This document shows, piece after piece, positions 42,858 through 45,644 of a stretch of 45,644 nt of DNA. The stretch lies in the IMG/VR virus record IMGVR_UViG_3300037420_001400. One strand, given 5' to 3'. The stretch is from a virus. The notes under the pieces were generated by a model that saw only the letters and a list, made by a program, of their open reading frames with translations, was not told where the DNA came from and made no database searches. The position numbers were made by a program, and so were the translations under genes. Numbering within the stretch: position 1 is the stretch's first letter; each line of letters opens with the position of its first letter.

Positions 42858-43471
42858 TAATAGTCGATTTTTCCCGGGATGTGACACACCACATATTCCG
42901 GCGTTGATATTTTTGTGTAATTATTAGAAGCCCGTTTAAGGCTTTCCACGAATCCCCTGTCATCGTGACCATAACCTGCAGTGTCCCATTTAGCCTGCAA
43001 CGACCTCCTGTGAGCTATATTAGCCGTTCCGTGCTGGAATCGCTGGTTGATAAGTGCAGTCCTTTCGATTGTTCCTTTCGGGGTCATCACGAGATCATTG
43101 AACCAAACCCAATCGCTTTCCCCCAAATGCTCATCCAGTTTCTTCAGGTGATCAATACCCCAAAAGTCATCGGCATCCAAGTAAACAATCCATTCCCCCT
43201 TTGCCTTTGATATTCCAAAGTTCCTGCAGGCTCCCGACCACATTGGCTGTTTGGATATCAAATAGCATTCAATCTGCTTTTTTCTTGAATGAAGAGTTTC
43301 AACAATCTCAAAGGTCCTCTCACATCCATCCGCAATAATGATCATCTCCCAATCCTTATATGACTGACAAGAAACCGATTGAATGGCCCGGTCGAGCTTG
43401 TATTCCCGGTCACTGGCCGCGTTCTTGTACTCGCCCAAAAAGCACTGCATTATGACGGAGAACTTAGGCAT
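42857..43471 (-). CDS. Family 2 glycosyltransferase (GT-A, DxD)
   Basis: FSVIMQCF..AIQSVSCQSYKDWEMIIIADG.. and ..YLDADDFW.. are classic GT2 blocks. Its ATG overlaps the terS stop (TAATG). Confidence 0.8.
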   Translation of the reverse strand: MPKFSVIMQCFLGEYKNAASDREYKLDRAIQSVSCQSYKDWEMIIIADGCERTFEIVETLHSRKKQIECYLISKQPMWSGACRNFGISKAKGEWIVYLDADDFWGIDHLKKLDEHLGESDWVWFNDLVMTPKGTIERTALINQRFQHGTANIAHRRSLQAKWDTAGYGHDDRGFVESLKRASNNYTKISTPEYVVCHIPGKIDY

Positions 43472-43923
43472 TACTTCCCTTTTGTTTTAATGGAGAATTG
43501 GGTTTGGGAAACGTTCAGGTTTAGGTCGCCCGTAATTGCCTGTTCTACCTTGTCCCTCCATTTAGCCGGCTGCCGGTTCTTTAACCAAAAAATACAGGCT
43601 GTCGTGTCCGGCGGATAATGCTCTTTATATTTAATGATTTGCTCAGAACCCGATTTGGGATCAGCAAATATCTTAACGGCATCATGCGTGTAACCGGTTG
43701 CCCTGTGGTAAAGCTTTTCGGCTACATCTCCATCCGCCTCAAGTTTGCCCCTTTTTATGGACGCAAAAAACTCAGGATGAACCTTTTTCCAATTATTCAG
43801 CGTAGCAACAGTTACCTCAAAGAAGGCAGATAGCTCTTCATCTATTAGGCCCAATTTGCAAAGCCTTTCCGCTTGAGCACAGTACTCTTTACGGTAATCC
43901 GTCGGTCTTCCCTCCTTAGCCAT
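43471..43923 (-). CDS. terS: Terminase small subunit
   Basis: GRPTDYRKEY..ELSAFFEVTVATLNNWKKVHPEFF..IFWLKNRQPAKWRDK fits the HTH-type terS family. Confidence 0.8.
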   Translation of the reverse strand: MAKEGRPTDYRKEYCAQAERLCKLGLIDEELSAFFEVTVATLNNWKKVHPEFFASIKRGKLEADGDVAEKLYHRATGYTHDAVKIFADPKSGSEQIIKYKEHYPPDTTACIFWLKNRQPAKWRDKVEQAITGDLNLNVSQTQFSIKTKGK

Positions 43924-44152
43924 GTTCTGCAGTTCTTTGTGTTTCGAAATACTCCTTATTCATTCGGTTGTAGGTTGACAAAAGGGTGCGCAACTTCACA
44001 TTTTCTTCTGAAACCCCATGCTTTCGCATGAAGTTCAATACTGCCTTTTCGTTTGTTGCACCAGGAACATTGTCTTTCAGACTCGACACATAGCCAAAGA
44101 AGTAAGCGTCCGTGAAAGATCTTTTGTAAAGTTTGAAGATGTCTTTTGTCAT
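43916..44152 (-). CDS. Hypothetical protein (first gene of the late packaging operon)
   Basis: ORF 43916..44155, with the likely ATG at 44152 (MTKDIFKLY..). Overlaps the terS start by 8 nt. Confidence 0.5.
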   Translation of the reverse strand: MTKDIFKLYKRSFTDAYFFGYVSSLKDNVPGATNEKAVLNFMRKHGVSEENVKLRTLLSTYNRMNKEYFETQRTAEHG

Positions 44153-44157
44153 CAAGG

Positions 44158-44202
44158 CAAAATTATTGCCTCAGTTGCAAATTGCAATTGATACCGTTGT
44201 GG
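44158..44202 (-). promoter_or_regulatory. Late promoter unit 1: TAATTTTG + N26 + CCACAACGGTA, with the GTTGCAAATTGC 12-mer in the spacer
   Basis: Plus-strand CAAAATTA at 44158-44165, GTTGCAAATTGC at 44174-44185 and TACCGTTGTGG at 44192-44202. Confidence 0.55.
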
Positions 44203-44216
44203 GTATTTGTAGGTGG

Positions 44217-45380
44217 TTATTCCCCAAACATGGTCTTAATCGCCTGTCCGGTCTTTTTCTTGTTGAACTTGTTTTTGTACCTGAGCGTAGTGGAAAGCTT
44301 TTTGTGCCCAAGCAGAGCCATTAAGGTGAATGGATCCACGTCCTCGTTCTCTGCTTTATCTGTAAAGGCGTGCCTGGCCTTGTGGATGGATATTTTACGG
44401 CCTATGGCGAATTTAAGCCTCTCGGATATGTTCTTCAGGTTGTTGTTAATAACAGTATTAGCTGAGTCAATCACATCAATACATTCAGCTTCGCTTACCC
44501 AAGCAGTACGCTCCAAAATAGGGAACACATATTTCTTCGTGTTGAACTCCTCCTTTATTTCGGCAAGCAGTTTTTTGACCGGAGGCGATATGTACACCAT
44601 TTTTTCAGCTATGCTTTTTTTGGTCTTATTGGGGGTAAATGTAATGTGCTCCTCGTCAATATTTGACCACTGCAGCCGGCAAAGATCACCGAAACGCACC
44701 CCTCCGTTATAGTAGCTGATCAGATACATGAACCGGGCAAGTCGCTCATTATAGTTCGATAGCTTTACATCGCTGAAGGTCTTTGTTTCCTCTTCGCTGA
44801 GTCGGTCAATTTTTGTTTCCTCGGTTTTGAGCTTGAATTTATCGAATGGGTATTTGGAGGGGTCATACTTACCGTCGTTACGAGCTACCCTGATTATTGC
44901 CCGTAACTGCTCCATGTTCTTAGTGATCGTATTGATAGAATTACCACGCTTCAGGCACCAGGATTTATACGATTTCAGGTAAGAATAGTCTACTTCATTC
45001 AGTAGTGACCCGCTTTGGAACCTATCGAATTTGTTAATTACTGATTCCAGCTTTGAATAGTGCGTAACGCTGATTTCCTTTTTTACTTCGAGAATATAGC
45101 TCGACCAATAATCCTTAAGCTTTATTCCGTTCTCAAACGTACCGGATTTACCGGTTAGGTATATTCGCTCCGCTTCCCTCTCCTTGTCTGCAATAATCAG
45201 GTTATAGTCTGCGGCGGATGGATAAGCGGGTTTAACCCTTCCCTTTTTTTGATCCCAATGGTCGGGCCTTATTTTAATGCCTATGGATATCAGGCGCTCC
45301 TTTTTGCTGCCCAGGTACACCCGGGTAAAAAGTGACCCTTTTATTTCACCTTTCCGAACCTTTAAGATAGTGCTTACCAT
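44217..45380 (-). CDS. int: Tyrosine-type site-specific integrase
   Basis: C-terminal catalytic pattern ..HKARHAF.. (HxxR), ..LLGH.. and ..TLRY... The N-terminal arm-binding-type domain is typical of Bacteroidota integrases. Confidence 0.9.
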   Translation of the reverse strand: MVSTILKVRKGEIKGSLFTRVYLGSKKERLISIGIKIRPDHWDQKKGRVKPAYPSAADYNLIIADKEREAERIYLTGKSGTFENGIKLKDYWSSYILEVKKEISVTHYSKLESVINKFDRFQSGSLLNEVDYSYLKSYKSWCLKRGNSINTITKNMEQLRAIIRVARNDGKYDPSKYPFDKFKLKTEETKIDRLSEEETKTFSDVKLSNYNERLARFMYLISYYNGGVRFGDLCRLQWSNIDEEHITFTPNKTKKSIAEKMVYISPPVKKLLAEIKEEFNTKKYVFPILERTAWVSEAECIDVIDSANTVINNNLKNISERLKFAIGRKISIHKARHAFTDKAENEDVDPFTLMALLGHKKLSTTLRYKNKFNKKKTGQAIKTMFGE

Positions 45381-45381
45381 G

Positions 45382-45403
45382 TTGCTCTGACTTTGCTCTG
45401 ACT
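45382..45403. repeat. Tandem 11-bp repeat TTGCTCTGACT x2 (candidate integrase arm-type sites)
   Basis: Perfect tandem copies at 45382-45392 and 45393-45403, directly upstream of the int start. A third TGCTCTGAC lies at 79-87. Confidence 0.45.
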
Positions 45404-45491
45404 TTTACAACACGAATATACATAATCCTACATAACCGGGTAGAAGAATTTACGCCTTTGCGCTGCTGGTCCCACGCTGGAAGGCACGAAA

Positions 45492-45515
45492 AAAGCCACT
45501 TTTTACGGTGGCTTT
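45492..45515 (-). terminator. Rho-independent terminator of the repressor/cargo operon
   Basis: Minus strand: AAAGCCAC-CGTAAAAA-GTGGCTTT followed by further Ts. On the circular map it lies ~100 nt downstream of the lipoprotein gene stop (99). Confidence 0.65.
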
Positions 45516-45517
45516 CA

Positions 45518-45644
45518 AGTCGGGGTGGCCAGATTAGGGGTTAAAACATGCTTTTAATTGATTTACAGACAATTAGATCGGTTATTCTGAATGTATGCTC
45601 TGACCAAGTTGGGGATTAGTAATTGATTTTACATTCATTCGAGG
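45518..45644. repeat. Terminal direct repeat copy 2 (duplicate of 1..127)
   Basis: Base-for-base identity with 1..127, read directly. Confidence 0.9.

Larger units (their letters stand above)
1..45517. mobile_element. Complete temperate tailed-phage genome (circular map, siphovirus-like; probable Bacteroidota host)
   Basis: Exact 127-bp overlap of both ends. Integrase, repressor/Cro switch, terminase, portal, capsid, tape measure and lysis genes are all present. No host-like flanking genes. Confidence 0.8.

Noticed and set aside
38220-43471. Glycosyltransferase island read as a classical seroconversion (Gtr-like O-antigen modification) cassette
   Set aside because: Not favoured, though not excluded. 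The island lacks GtrA/GtrB-like polytopic membrane proteins and a flippase. It is not next to att or the repressor, and it is translationally chained into the late terS-terL operon.
44146-44712. 188-aa plus-strand ORF overlapping the integrase 3' half
   Set aside because: The integrase frame carries the catalytic HxxR / H / Y pattern. The antisense frame is hydrophobic low-complexity sequence.

Overview
The window is a complete phage genome. Bases 1-127 are repeated exactly at 45518-45644, which looks like an assembly overlap, so the map is a 45,517-bp circle with no host flanks. Gene content indicates a temperate, long-tailed phage: there is no sheath gene, and a tail-chaperone -1 frameshift is present, so it is siphovirus-like. 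A Bacteroidota host is inferred from several TAnnTTTG -7-type promoter boxes, a Bacteroidota-style tyrosine integrase and lipoprotein signals. Layout: (i) Lysogeny module, minus strand: integrase 44217..45380, a putative attP region with arm-type repeats, then a CI-like repressor operon (1970->99). That operon carries cargo genes, including an HsdR_N-like PD-(D/E)xK protein and a lipoprotein. (ii) Rightward early operon 2075..13708: Cro-like and excisionase-like HTH proteins, YqaJ-type exonuclease, VRR-NUC nuclease, an NTase-fold protein, a DUF1376-like replication-associated protein, a Dam-like N6A methyltransferase, many small unknowns and a decayed C5-methyltransferase remnant. (iii) Mixed-orientation segment 13.7-16.3 kb: two paralogous 53-aa basic proteins, a GIY-YIG nuclease and a membrane coiled-coil protein. 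(iv) Leftward late region 44152->16289: terS, a 5.25-kb insertion of about six predicted glycosyltransferases, terL, portal, Mu-F-like head protein, scaffold, capsid, neck, tail chaperone, tape measure, distal tail and fibre genes, and holin/amidase lysis genes. Most notable observations: the late-expressed glycosyltransferase island wedged between terS and terL; a late-promoter architecture (CCACAACGGTA-N26-TAATTTTG) repeated three times with identical spacing; a second 12-mer motif (TTGCAAnTTGCAA type) in late intergenic regions; lysogeny-operon cargo that may be a defence or exclusion module; a 5-copy peptide repeat spread over three tandem micro-genes; and an orphan promoter-terminator pair that could encode a small RNA. 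All functional calls come from motifs read by eye. No database search was run.
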